64,000 nucleotides of DNA from the NCBI GenBank assembly GCA_051294375.1, contig JBJCIZ010000016.1, positions 1-64,000 on the forward strand. The letters are read 5' to 3'. Position 1 is the stretch's first letter. Each line of letters begins with the position of its first letter. A program made the translations under genes and the position numbers. Origin of the DNA: Paraspadella gotoi. Taxonomy: Eukaryota > Animalia > Chaetognatha. Shown one piece after another: positions 41,901 to 55,899 of this stretch. Under the pieces are notes generated by a model. That model had not been told where the DNA came from. It ran no database searches and was given only the letters and a program-made list of their open reading frames with translations.

Positions 41901-44900
41901 TCATATTTTTTTAATAAGAGAATAATATTTAATAAGTCTTAAAATGATAAAATCATTCTTAAAATTACAAAATCATAACTTTAAAATCATATTTTTCAAA
42001 TCATAAAATCATATTTTTCAAATCATAAAATCATATTTTTCAAATCATAAAATCATATTTTTCAAATCATAAAATCATATTTTTCAAATCATAAAATCAT
42101 ATTTTTCAAATCATAAAATCATATTTTTCAAATCATAAAATCATATTTTTCAAATCATATTTTTCAAATCATAAAATCATATTTTTTAAATCATAAAATC
42201 GTAATTTTCAAATCATAAAATCATATTTTTCAATAACATTATAATTATTAACATAGAATTGTATTTATGCTATCATGAAAAGTTTTTGTAGGATATATTT
42301 TTTTGAGGCCAAAATAATATTACATAATCATATATTTTTACTATTAAATGGTATTATTTAATGTTGGTCTCAAAGAATAAAAACGGTTTTTTGAATGTTA
42401 CAATTTTATTTTTAAAATCATAATCATATTTTTTTAATAAAAGAATAATATTTATTAGGTTTTCAAATAAAAAATCATATTTTTCAAATCATAAAATCCT
42501 ATCTTTCAAATCATAAAATCGTATTTTTCAATAACATTATAATTATTAACATAGAATTGTATTTATGTCATCATGAAAGATATTATAAAGATATTATATT
42601 TTTTGAGGCCAAAATGATATTACATAATAATATATTTTTATAATTAAACAGTGCTATTTAATGTTGGTTTCAAGGAACCAAAACGGTTTTTTGAAGGTTA
42701 CAATTATACTTTTAAAATCATAATCATATTTTTTAAATCACAATATTTTTTTAAAAAGATATTATTAATAGGTTTTAATATCATAAAAAAATCATATTTT
42801 TCAAATCATAAAATCCTATTTTTCAAATCATAAATCATATTTTTCAAATCATAAATTCATATTTTTAATAACATTATAAATATTAACATAGAATTGTATT
42901 TATGTTTTCATGAAAGGTTTTTTTTAAGATATTATATTTTCTTGAAACCAAAATGATATTACATAATCATATATTTTTATTATTAAATAGTGCTATTTAA
43001 TGTTGGTTTCAAGGAACCAAAACGGTCTTTATTGAAGTTACAGATTATACTTTTAAAGATCATAATCATATATTTTTAAATCACAATATTTTTTTAATAA
43101 AAAAATATTATTTAATAGGTTTTAATATCATAAAAAAATCATATTTTTCAAATCATAAAATCATATTTTTCAAATCATAAAATCATATTTTTCAAATCAT
43201 AAAATCATATTTTTCAAATCATAAAATCCTATTTTTCAAATCATAAAATCCTATTTTTCAAATCATAAAATCCTATGAAATTGGTACAACCAAATATAAA
43301 AATTATCCATTCATTTAATAAATAAGCTATCTTGTCCCTGACTTTGGACAGGCTTTGGTGGTTTAAGGCCTCCATCACACTTACAAGATAATAACATAGC
43401 AGGTTTCTGCAAGCTTTCAATCAAGACTCTTTCACAGTCTCATTTATTCACTCCCAGTGAACCTGGCTTCCCTATCAATGAAGTGGTATAATATTTCAAA
43501 GAATGTTTCAATTGTATGAAAAGACCACTCCCTATTTTTCAAAATCATAAAATCCTATTTTTCAAATCATAAAATCCTATTTTTCAAATCATAAAATTAT
43601 ATTTTTCCATAACATTATAATTATTAACATAGAATTGTATTTATGTTATCATGAAAGATATTATAAAGATATTATATTTTTTGAAGCCAAAATGATATTA
43701 CATAATAATATATTTTTATAATTAAATAGTATTATTTAATGTTGGTCTCAAAGAATCAAAACGGTTTTTTGAAGATTACAATTATATTTTTAAAATCATA
43801 ATCATATTCATTTAATAAGAGAATAATATTTAATAGGTTTTCAAATCATAAAATCATATTTTTCAAATCATAAATTCATATTTTTTAATAACATTATAAA
43901 TATTAACATAGAATTGTATTTATGTTTTCATGAAAGGTTTTTTTTAAGATATTATATTTTCTTGAAACCAAAATGATATTACATAATCATATATTTTTAT
44001 TATTAAATAGTGCTATTTAATGTTGGTTTCAAGGAATCAAACGGTTTTTTGAAGGTTATAATTATACTTTTAAAATCATAATCATATTTTTTAAATCACA
44101 ATATTTTTTTAATAAAAGAATACTATTTAATAGGTTTTAATATCATAAAATCATATTTTTCAAATCATAAAACCATATTTTTCAAATTATAAAATCCTAT
44201 TTTTAAAACTATAAAAATATATTTTTAAAATCATATTTTTCAAATTATAAAATCATATTTTTCAAATTATAAAATCATATTTTTCAAATTATAAAATCAT
44301 ATTTTTCAAATTATAAAATCATATTTTTCAAATTATAAAATCATATTTTTCAAATTATAAAATCATATTTTTCAAATTATAAAATCATATTTTTCAAATA
44401 ATATTTTTTAAATCATAAAATCAGATTTTTCAATAACATTTTAATTATTAATATAGAATTGTATTTATGTTATAATTAAAACTTTTTTGTAAGATATTAT
44501 ATTTTTTTGAAGCCAAAATAATATTACATAGTCATATTTTTATTATTAAATAGTACTATTTAATGTTGGTCTCAAAGAATCAAAACGGTTTTCTGAAGTT
44601 ATAATTATATTTTTAAAATCATATTTTTAAAACATAAAATCATATTTTTAAAATTATAAAATCATAATATAAAAATTATAAAATCATATTTTTCAAATTA
44701 TAAAATCATATTGTAAAAATTATAAAATCATATTTTTCAAATCAAAATCATATTTTTCAAATCAAAATCATATTTTTCAAATCATAAAATCATATTTTTC
44801 AATAACATAATAATTATTAACATAGAATTGTATTTTTGTTATCATGAAAAGTTTTTTGTAAAATATTATATTTTTTTGAAACCAAAATGATATTACATAG

Positions 44901-47900
44901 TCATATATTTTTATTATTAAATAGTGCTATTTAATATTGGTCTCAAAAAATCAAAACGGTTTTTTGAAGGTTACAATCATATTTTTAAAATCATGATCAT
45001 ATTTTTTTAAAAAAAGAATAATATTTAATAGGTTTTCAAATCATAAAATCATATATTTCAAATCAGTATTTTTCAAATCATAAAATCATATTTTTTCAAA
45101 ATCATAAAATATCATATTTTTCAAAATCATAAAATCATATTTTTCAAATCATAAAATCCATATTTTCAAATCATAAAATCACTATTTTTCAAAATCATAA
45201 CAATCATATTTTTCAAATCATAAAATCATATTTTTCAAATCATAAATCATATTTTTCAAATAATATAAATCATATTTTTCCAAATCATAAAATCATATTT
45301 TTTCAAATCAATAAAAATCAATCTATTTTCAAATCATAAAATCATATTTTTCAACATCATAAAATCATATTTTTCAAATCATAAATATCAATATTTTTTT
45401 CAAATATCAATAAAATCATATTTTTCAAATCAATTAAAATCATATTTCTCAAATCATAAAATACATATTCTTTTACAAATCATAAAATCATACTTTTTAC
45501 AACATCATAAAAATCATAATTTTTTCAAGGAATCAACTACAATCATATTTCTTCAAATCATATTTTTCAAATCATAAAATCATATTTTTCAAGTAATAAA
45601 ATCATATTTTTCAAATAATAAAATCATATTTCTCAAATCATAAAATCATATTTTTTTAATAACATTATAATTATTAACATAAAATTTTATTTATATTATC
45701 ATAAAAAGTTTTTTGTAAGATATTATATTTTTTGAAGCCAAAATGATATTACATAATTATATATTTTTATTATTAAATAATTTTATTTAATGTTAGTCTC
45801 ATAGAATCAAAATGGTTTTTTGAAGGTTAATTATATTTTTAAAATCAATCATATTTTTTTAAGAGAATAATATTTAATAGGCTCTAAAATATTTTTAAAA
45901 TCATTAAATCATATTCTTAAAATTATAAAATCATTTTTAAAATCATAAAATCTAGAACAAAGTTTTGAAGTGAAACGGACATGTTTCGACTCACATACGA
46001 GTCTTCTTCAGCGCCAATTAAATTTGAGGAGGTTTTTGTGCATAAAGAAAGAGAGAGACAGAGCAAAGTTTCCAACACAGAGTGAGAGAAAGGATAGTGA
46101 TCAATTTTTTTTATTAAGGACAGGTGGAGGTGAGGACAAAGATAGTTTGTAAAAAGATATTGAAATGGAGAGAGAGAGATATTTTTTAATAAGAGAACAA
46201 TATTAAATAGGTTTTAAAATCATAAAATTATATTAAAATCATATTTTTAAAATCATAAAATCATATTTTTAAAATCATAAAATCATATTTTTAAAATCAT
46301 AAAATCATATTTTTAAAATCATAAAATCATATTTTTAAAATCATAAATAGCACTATTTAATAATAAAAATATATGAATATGTAATATCATTTTAGCTTNN
46401 NNNNNNNNAATATCTTACAAAAAACTTTTCATGATAACATAAATACAATTCTATATTAATAATTATGTTTTTGAAAAATATGATTTTATGATTTTAAAAA
46501 TATGATTTTAAAAATATGATTTTATGATTTTAAAAATATGATTTTATTACTTTAAAAATATTTTATTATTTTCAAAAAATGATTTTATTATTTTCAAAAA
46601 ATGATTTTATTATTTTCAAAAAATGATTTTATTATTTTAAAAATATTTGATTATTTTAAAAATATTTTATTATTTTAAAACCTATTAAATATTATTCTTT
46701 TATTAAAAAAATATGATTATGATTTTAAAAATATAATTCTAACCTTCAAAAAACCGTTTTGATTCCTTGAAACCAACATTAAATAGCACTATTTAACAAT
46801 AAAAATATATGACTATGTAATATCATTTTAGCTTTTAAAAAATATAATATTATACAAAAAACTTTTCATGATAACATGAATACAATTTTATGTTAATAAT
46901 TATAATGTTATAATTTTACTACTTTAAAATCCTAAAATAAAAAATATATATGCAGATTTTATAAAATTTAAAAATTCAGACTACATCTTTGAAAACTGTT
47001 TCTAAAACCTACTGAAGCGACTTAAAAATAATTTATTGAATGAAACATACCCGATTTCTTCATTGACATGATCATAAAACATCTGTTCAGATATTGTATT
47101 GATGAGAGGGATAATCGCATTGATCTGTTGAGGTGTCAATTTATGGGCTTTCTTCAGATGAAATTTAATTTTGTCAAAACCACCTAATCCATTAAGCAGT
47201 GCCATTTCAGGTGGATGCATCCACTTCTCAGAGCTATAAAAAAGTTTTAAACAATTTAAGAATTAAAAATTCATAATTTTATAAATTTGAAAAAAATATT
47301 ATTTTATCAACAGAGTAAAACTTACTAACTGCATGGGCCATTTTTACATCCAAAGGGACAAAACATCAATCTAGATCGGTTGCGTGCAATGATGCGATCT
47401 TGGAGGGGACCATGGATAACTCGGTAAAGAACAGATGCAGGAGTAGAAGAGCTGCTTGCACCGGTTTGATTTAAATTTGCTTTCCCACGCCCTGACGATT
47501 CTTCCCTATAAAAATATAGTTATATACTCTAAAACTTAAAGTATTATTAACTTGATAATTATTTCATTTAAAAATGAAGCTTTTACCTTTTCCAACCATA
47601 TTGTAGACATTTGAGAACAACATCTTCAGTTCTTTTAGATTCAAGGTTGAAAAAAAATAACTTTGTCTTTTGTAAGATCTCAAACGATTGTCCTGTAAAA
47701 TAAGAATAATATTAATCTTTAAAATACCTTAAAACAAATTCATATTACAACTAACCTTGTTCATTCAAGCAATTTTTGATGCGGACACACTCGCCCGTAA
47801 TCAAAGGAGGACCATTGTCCACATCAATTTGAAGGTGATGAGATATTTTGCCCTTTGTTCTGGAAGCTTGATCGCATAGTTCTTCTATGGCCGAGTAGTT

Positions 47901-48711
47901 AAGACCTAAAAATTAAATAATCATTAAATATAATTTTATGGATCTATGTATATTAAGGCGTAACAAGGTAAAAACTAAGAGTTCTGTAATATAAATAACA
48001 TTAGAGCATCCCTGTGGGATAACGAAATTTTTCCAAAAATTTAGATTTTATGTATAGTTAATAACATGGAAGCATTTAAAGTTTATCGTATTATTATAAA
48101 TCATGAATAATTTTTTTTTCAAATTCGGAATTTATAAAAACGGATTCGGGTAGAGCTTGAAAAAATAAATAAAAAAATATTATTACAAGATTTCCAAATT
48201 TTTATGTTTTATTGGTTAAAATTAACAAAAACTATAAAAGTTATGGAACAATTATGATGATGATTTTAAAGTTTTTCCCTTATTTGACGTACTTATCATC
48301 GAAATATTAAAAAACGCATTATACTTTATAAATTTTTGCTATCTGAATCCGTTCTTAAAAAATAAAATTTTTACAATTTTTTTTTATTGCTTATGCATTG
48401 ATGAATATTTGAATGCTTCAATGTTATACTGTTAAAACTAGTCAAAAAAGTGATAATAAATATTGATTAAGTATATGATGGACAAATGAATTTTATATTA
48501 TAGAACTCCTAATGATAAAAAGTGATCAATTTTGGCCCGCCTTAATGTATATATATAAATGTAGAAACTTACGAATTCGTTCTATGAATGGATTAGGTTT
48601 GCAGAATGAGTCCCGACATTTAGTTTGATTATCGCAAGATAACCTCACAACAGATTCCGGATCAGTCGATTTTTTCAGCAGAAAATGTTTGAAAGATGGT
48701 GGTAAAACCAT
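32926..48711 (-). CDS. ~1574-aa C2H2-like / OTU protease / tyrosine recombinase protein (exons 48711-48573, 47905-47756, 47692-47587, 47505-47326, 47233-47051, 36892-32926)
   Basis: Phase-consistent GT-AG introns (1,1,2,2,2), total 4725 nt. OTU: NKDGHCGYHSI (Cys ~35993)..SHFDSL (His ~35585). YR: NVSRSSD (R ~33905), QNKN, PSFWR (R ~33512), HMQHS..AEESY (H ~33401, Y ~33374). CPFGC..FHLKKAH in the 5' exons. Confidence 0.8.
39511..39766. mobile_element. ~260-bp dispersed repeat without TIRs (GGGAGTGGTC...GTACCAATTTCA)
   Basis: Inserted in satellite between TA dinucleotides. Other copies at 43276-43532, ~52923-53183, partial ~31513-31690, eroded ~58370-58490. Confidence 0.7.
45955..46180 (-). mobile_element. 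PLE pLTR with hammerhead
   Basis: Reverse strand GCG-CTGAAGA-A-GACTC..GAGTC-GAAA-CATGTC-CG at 45976-46014. Shared pLTR block at 46060-46090. Confidence 0.8.
47954..48544. mobile_element. hAT-type MITE in YR intron 1
   Basis: TAAGGCG / CGCCTTA termini, 8-bp TSD ATGTATAT. Confidence 0.85.
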
Positions 48712-50869
48712 ATTCACATGATTATAGTCTACTGCGTTTGAAGAATTGAATTAACTGACAAAAAAAATCATGTAAATACATCAAATGATTCAATGACTGA
48801 AAAATAATATAACACAAATTTTTAGCAAGCTTTGAATCCTGATAGTTATTATTTAATTTAAATATTTTTGAATATTGAATTAGATTCAGTAATAATTGAA
48901 CAAAATATGATAAAAAAGTTTGAAATAAAACAATTTAATAAAATAAATAATTTAGCAATTTTCATAAAGAAATATTTTATTTTGAAGAAGTTTTCCAATA
49001 AAGGAATTTACACAATAACAATTTATGAAAATATGATTATTATTATTATATATACATTAAACATTTTTACATGCTAGTAAAAAAAATACAAAATTAACTA
49101 TATTAGTACTATCACTAAATAGCTCCCTTAAAAAATTTGATTAATTTCAATGACAAAGCTTTCCTTCATACACACGGCTTTAAATCCTTAACATGTGTCA
49201 GCGGAGACAAAAATAAGTTTACAAAATTACTAAAGCAATTTTAACCATCTAGCGAGAACACAAAATCCGTTATATCAAACTATAAACAGGGTCTTCGAGA
49301 TATTTTTTTAAAAAATTTGGGCCTGTAATACTTGAGAATGGTTAAATGTAGATTAAAACCGAAAACATTTATAGAAACTTTATGATCTTAGTTTTCAATG
49401 GATGCCCAAAAAACTCAAAGGATATTGCGAAGTTAAAGACTTTTGTTGTTAAGATATGTACCAACTAAATGTAGCCATTAATAATGGAATTCGTAAGATC
49501 TTTGGCTGACATAGATGGGAAAGCATCACCTTATAGAATGTTTTGGTTACCCTGACATTTATCATACTTTTTAAAAAAGGTCATGAACGATTAACGAAAA
49601 ATATTTTTTTTATTTCCTTGAAAATATAGAAATAATCTCGTAGATTAGTTTTCCTTCACGTTACCTTTTAATATAATATTATTTGTTTGGTTTATTATGT
49701 TGCTGATGTATGCATTGTATCATTCTGACAAGAAATAAAATTCTCATTAATAGAATAATGGAAATATGGACTTTTATACGCGACACGTCAGTTTTTGTTA
49801 CGCAAAAGTGGTTTATTTGCTCGACCTAAGAAAGCTTTGATGCTTTACAGTTTGCTTAAAATTGATAAATAAAAATAAATACAGTTTGGAAATCTGCTTG
49901 GTCTTAACTTTCAATCGATACCAAATGCTAAAAAATTGATAGGGGAAGGGGAAGCAATATAATTTTTATCCGGATGTATCATTTTTTTAAAGTATGAAAC
50001 CATAAGGCGTAACGCCAAAAGTTTACTTTCGCCTATTGGGTTAGGGGGGTTTAGGGTTAAGAATGGGTTAGGGGGGTTTAGGGTTAAAAGAGTTCATGGT
50101 TAGGGTAATTAGGTAATAATTTTTTTAAAAATAATTATTTTTAGATTATTTTTCAAAAGACGCCAATCCCCGGAAAGCAAAGTTAAATTTTACCCTAGTA
50201 AGTTACTTCGGAACTTACTTAATATAATATAGTAAATCATAAAGCCCTCAAAAAATTGAATCTGCTCGATTTTACTTTTATAATCATACCAATTTTCAAA
50301 AGATTAGTTTATTTTTTACTGCTTCAAATGAATTTTTTAAAAATTCCTAAATAGCTAGAAGACCTGGTAAGTATGCTATTACTACCAAAAACTTCTTAAA
50401 AAACTGAAAGATCATAAAATGTTAATGTCAGACAAGTAGTCAAGAAAAAATAAGTAAAATCTAACTGGTCAAACCTGAAATAATACCTATCACGCGGTCT
50501 CGTTAAAGAAAATATGAAATAAAAAAGGAAAAAAAATATTGTAGTTAATAAAAAATTTAAATATAATTAAAATTAGACTAAAACAAAATTAAAATTAATT
50601 GTTTTGAACGTATTATCATTGAGTTTTAACTCGGGCTAACTACGTAAAATAAGTCACTTGGAATTCGTAGTAAATGGCGCGTCGCCGGTCAAAGAGGCTC
50701 AGTAGTTGATGACAAAGTCTCGACAAATTCAGACGTCGATGAGAAGAGCCGGCCGACGGTCCTCCACTGTGAAGCCCAGCACTTGTGATGAGAATGAAAT
50801 GCAAATTTGTCATTGAGGACGGATTCACGAGATATTGTGTTCCATTTCCCATTGCAGGGGCGGCATCGA

Positions 50870-51440
50870 CCACAGTTGCTGGAATGTATGGGATCCAATA
50901 AAGGGCCTAAATTTAAGAATAAATTAGTAGGAGTGTTGCGGAAGATTTATGAGACCGAAAAAGAATTTTCCATAACTTACTACCCTCAAAAACAAGGTCA
51001 GGTAGAGAGAAAGAATAGAACAATTTTTAGTATGTTGGCTAAACATGAGAAGGCCAGGACAAAGGATAAGGGCAGCATGAGCAATTGAGCATTGATTGCG
51101 CTGGTATTAGGGGGTGCTCTTAAACCGATGAGGTTATATGAGAAAGAAATGGAAAACAAGTTTGACAATATGAGGAGAATGAGAAATGAACAAATGAAAA
51201 AATATCAGGAGAAAATGGTTCGGCAGAGTGTTAAAGGTAAACGTGTTAAAATTTTTCAACAAGGGCAAAAAGACCTAAAATTATTGCCGCGAGAGAAAAG
51301 AGAAACTAATTATCCATTCTTATGGTGAAAAAGGAATTACGTCCTCACGGAGAAGGGAGAGGTAATGCATAGGTGATAGTAAATGATCGCGGGTTTGAAA
51401 AGATTCGCCCTGGATGTGATTTGAAAAAGTTCTTTGAACC
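50870..51440 (+). pseudogene. Degenerate Ty3/Gypsy integrase fragment
   Basis: SNKGPKFKNKL..ITYYPQKQGQVERKNRTI matches the rve core (SDxGxxF..TxYHPQxNGxVERxNRT), with the catalytic D lost. Downstream GPY/F-region-like remnants. Confidence 0.75.
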
Positions 51441-53999
51441 TGAATCATGTAACATGGCGGATGAGAAACAACATCAAATAGAAGCTCATAGTTCATTAGA
51501 TATTTTGAAAGAGGTAATGATAGAGGGCTGTCTCTCTACTGGATTACAATTATGGTTACAGGAAGTCGAAGTGCGAGCGGAAAAGCCAAAACTTACCATG
51601 ACGGAAGAGGTTTACGAATATTTTTCCAATTTTTCTCTCTTGGGAAGACGCTTGCGCTAATGCTGGAGACGATAGCAGCGGTTAGGCCGTCGACGAATAA
51701 CCAAATTCTCTGTCTGAATCGATAATTACGGATAATCAAAGCGATTGATCGGCTGGAACTCGATCTCCAGGAGGAGGTGAGTCGGAGAGCAGGTGACGGG
51801 CCCAGAATTATAAGCCGTCGTCATGACTTTACACAAACAAGTAGCACTGTAGGAGCTGCTAACAGGAGCTTCAAACAGGAGTAAGAAGTCCTTGGCCAAT
51901 AATAACAAAACATTAAATACACACCCAGCAACAAATATATATTACATTTGAAAGTTACTTTACTTACTTGTTTTTCTGAAGCCAAATATAAGAGTGCTTC
52001 TCTCACGTTAAAGTCCACCAATCCAGCGATTTACTAATGTTTGTTTTGAAACAAAAAGGTTTCCGAAGATCTATATTTATTTTAAATAGCATTTGAAAAA
52101 AATAATTGAAACGCATTAAATGACTAACGAGATTCACAGATTCCACGTTGACACACATGTTTGGGAACTGTACAGTCGGCGGAACCAATCAGCGATAGTC
52201 TAAATACCACGTTCAATACGTTACTTAAATATGTACTAAGATATCAAACAAGGTGTGCTAATAATCGCTCAAAATTGGCCTCTTGTGTCAGTAACAAAAG
52301 GAAACAAAAGACGTTGGCTGAAAGTTACGAGAATTGAAGTTGGTACGACGAAATATAAAGTTTGTAAGCAATGATATTAAAAAAAATTTTATATTTAGTT
52401 TTATTACACTAATTAGCGTTATTATTTAATTATTTAAAAAAAAATAGTATTCTATTTATAACAACCGTGTATAATATTATAGTATTTTTATATATATGTT
52501 ATATGTATATGTATATCATCGTATTATTATCATTGCAGAGGAATCAAACTCAAGAATCGAAACCGGATCGGCAACTCGGGTAAAATCCGCTGAAACCAGA
52601 ATGGAACTCTCCTATTGGTCAAGAGACAAATGGCACCGGCCAATGAGCTGATGGGCTTCCTTCCGCCGTGATTTTTTACCCTTACCTCCAATCTGTTCAC
52701 ACTGGTATAAATATAATTCAAATTGTATTTATTCACTCTGCCTGGAAATGTAATACGTAATATTATATTTTTTATTATAGTTAATCATACTATCTCACAT
52801 TGAATATCTTTATTTAATTACCCAAATATTTTTATTATTTATTATTATTATTACTGCTACTTATATACATAAAATATAATAATTAAATTTTAATTATTAT
52901 TATTATTTTTATTATTATTTTATATGAAATTGGTACAACCAATATAAAATTTATCCATTTCATTTAATAAATAAAGCTATCTTGCCCCTTGACTTTGGGA
53001 CAGGCTTTGAGTGGTTAAGGCCTCCATCACTCTTAACAAGATAATGACATAGCAGGTCCCTGCAAGCTTTCAATCAAGACTCCTCTCACAGTCTCGTTTA
53101 TTCTCCCAGAGTACCTGGCGTTCCCTATCAATGAAGTGGAAAATATTTTCAAAGATGTTTCAATTGTATGAAAGACCACTCCCTTAAGTATTAGATCGGG
53201 GAATACTTATTGTACTCCGCACTAGCATCAAAATACAAGGAGCTGAATTTTATGAAATTGTACACCATATAAAAATTATCCATATAGAGTAAATTCGGTT
53301 AAGTACAAGATATATAGTCTTAAAAATTACAGATATTTTTACCAATATATTAGTATCATGAAGATATTCATATTTTATTTTGATAGCATATCGAGTCAGC
53401 TCCGTAAAAAATAGTATATGATGGTCATAAGTCATATCTTAATATATCAATATATAATTATCATTAAATTTTTTTCATGAAAATTTCATCTGATTAGGAT
53501 TTCGATTCAACTACGTAATAATCAGGGATTCAAATCATAAAGGGATTCATGAAGACTGATTATTATTAATTAATTTTTGCAAATATAAAAAAAAAAAAAT
53601 ATAAAAAACTACCTCTCGACCCTAAACGCTCAACCCTAGCCGAATCCCAGCATCATCATCATCATCATCATCATAAACGTCACTATCAGCACCCCGGTCA
53701 ATTTTCAACCGTCATCTTCCCTAACCCAGACGGATGAACCCAAAACGACGACGACGGCGACCACAAAAAAAAAAAAAAAAAGATCGCAACGGCGAACGAA
53801 AATCACAAAATCAGTTGTAATCATATACAACCAGTCGAGCAAAACAAAAGCAGAAAAATCCAGCAAGCAAAAGCAACAACTTTTAAGCAAAATCTTTAAA
53901 AGCGGATCGCCCTCATAACCATTTTCACAATCGCGAATGCAAAACAAAATGACAACGTTTTTGACAGACAGATAACCGTTTACGATGTAACAAACCACG

Positions 54000-55899
54000 G
54001 ACCACGCGCTACGCACTCGACGAGGAACGATGATGAAAAAAAGAAAAAACCATTAAAGAAGACTTCGTCGTCACAAACCTGATTTTCATGCCAGAGAAAC
54101 ACGAACACGATGCCACCGGATGCGATCTCACAACAGCAGCGACCGACAAATCTGCGGCGTGGAACATTCGATACGATAACCTCGACGTCATCGATCATTT
54201 CTCGCTGCCACGAAGAAGTGTGTTTTTCGAATTACACACCGGACTCAGCGTTTCACTCCAGCACTACCCAATTCGGTCACAGACTCAACAGGCGTTCTTC
54301 AACCACTAACCGTGACAGCGAAATGGGAGTTAACATAATCACCCACCACATCGGCACCAACGACGCAGAAGGATATGCACAGGCAGAAAAATTTAAGTTT
54401 ACGATCATGTGTATGAAAAGAGAACGCAAAACTTGTGTCAAACCTAACCTTATATCGAAAACGGATCCGAGTAGGAGACGAGTGATCCTAAAACAGGAAA
54501 ATGCAATCTTGCCTAAACAACAATGTACCTACCGGGCGGATTTTAACATGGAACGACCCAAGATGCCGAGCGGCGGCCGTCTATCGAGCGGAGGCCTACC
54601 AATCAGAAGATGCATCCTGCGCTCCATACACATGAAAGATCGCGAAAATGCCTTAATCGGATGTCGCCTACGAAACAATATCCCCTGCTCCGAGGACCCA
54701 CATTATGAAATGAGGCGCGAATGCGGACCAAGTGCATTGCACTATTCGAACGGAAGAGCACAGAGGACAGCTGGAAAAATGCACAATCATCTGCAACGAT
54801 ATAGCACCGCCCCATTCACCATCCCGACTAACAGGCGAAAGTCAATTCTCCGTGGATGCGGCTTTGTCGGCAAAATCAACGTCACCTCATTTTTCGCCTC
54901 CGGATACCATCATGGCAGGAATGAAACATGACCCCGACGCCTTGCCGCGCTTCACGAAGAAGCATCAAAATTAGCTCAAAAAAACAGGACAAAATCGACA
55001 CGCTCACCGACAGCATATGCCACGAACTCTGCATCACAAGAGCAAAAGAGCGAGCAAGCTGCGCTTGCAGCCCACAAATCTCCAGCAGCCACGACTTTCA
55101 ATCGATCGTGGAAAAGTCGCGGTCCTTCCGAGGCGAACTACTAATGACTGCAATATGTCGAGGAGACCTTAGCACTACGCCGCGAACGAAAGGAGTGCTA
55201 TCAAGACTTAACCAATAAGCTAACGAGGACGCCCAGCCTACCGACACGCAATTTTCATCACGTCATCGACTCTTCACTAACGACGCCGTGCGGACCCACC
55301 ACCAGTCTACGAAGTAAATGGAATCTTCGTCGACTCAAAAGGAAAACCATTCAATGACTACGAAACGCTGGACAACTACACTCCCGAACAAAGATCAACA
55401 CGTATCAGACGAAATAAACATTTACGAAGAAGTCGGAAGTTTATGGACATGCACTCAAAATATACGGGTACGCACAAGAATTCAACCAACGCGTCGAGGA
55501 ACTAACAAATGAGCGCCCTCAACCTTTTTCAGAAATCTGTTCGGAAATGTACCTTACGTAAAAATGGTGGTCACGTTCATGAACGTTGCCCCTACGATCG
55601 CTATCATCGCCATCATAATCATCAGCGGCATCCTTTTCTGCTGCTGCTGCTGCAAAGTGCATGACGACGTACGTAGGAAAGAAGATGGCAGAAGCACCCA
55701 CAGCAGCCGCGTCAGGCGCAGAGAGACTCGACAACATCATCGCTGGGAAGCGAATCGCTCACTAGGCGGTCTAAAACCCGCACGCTCGCCGACTGGAGCG
55801 GGGGAGGCATCAACGATAGTAACAATGCAGCAGGCGGCTGCATCCCCCTCTCACTCCTCCTTCCAGCGGACGCAGGAGCAGCGGGAAGCCGCAGAGTGA
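54000..55899 (+). pseudogene. Frameshifted env/viral glycoprotein-like gene (LTR-retroelement relic)
   Basis: GC-richer coding-like tract. Cys-spaced ectodomain fragments (CMKRERKTCV, GKCNL..C..ILTWNDPRC, SICHELC..GELLMTAIC), followed by TM helix IAIIAIIIISGILF-CCCCC and a basic tail. Confidence 0.5.

Larger units (their letters stand above)
37210..46910. repeat. Complex AT-rich satellite filling the 10-kb YR intron: 22-bp CAAATCATAAAATCATATTTTT arrays interleaved with a ~200-bp higher-order unit
   Basis: The recurring unit ..AATAGTACTATTTAATGTTGGTCTCAAAGAATCAAAACGGTTTTTTGAAG.. is separated by variable numbers of 22-mers, in both orientations. Confidence 0.95.

Noticed and set aside
48760-50640. 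Right terminus of the proposed giant element
   Set aside because: No terminal repeat or target duplication can be identified without a second copy or the left end.
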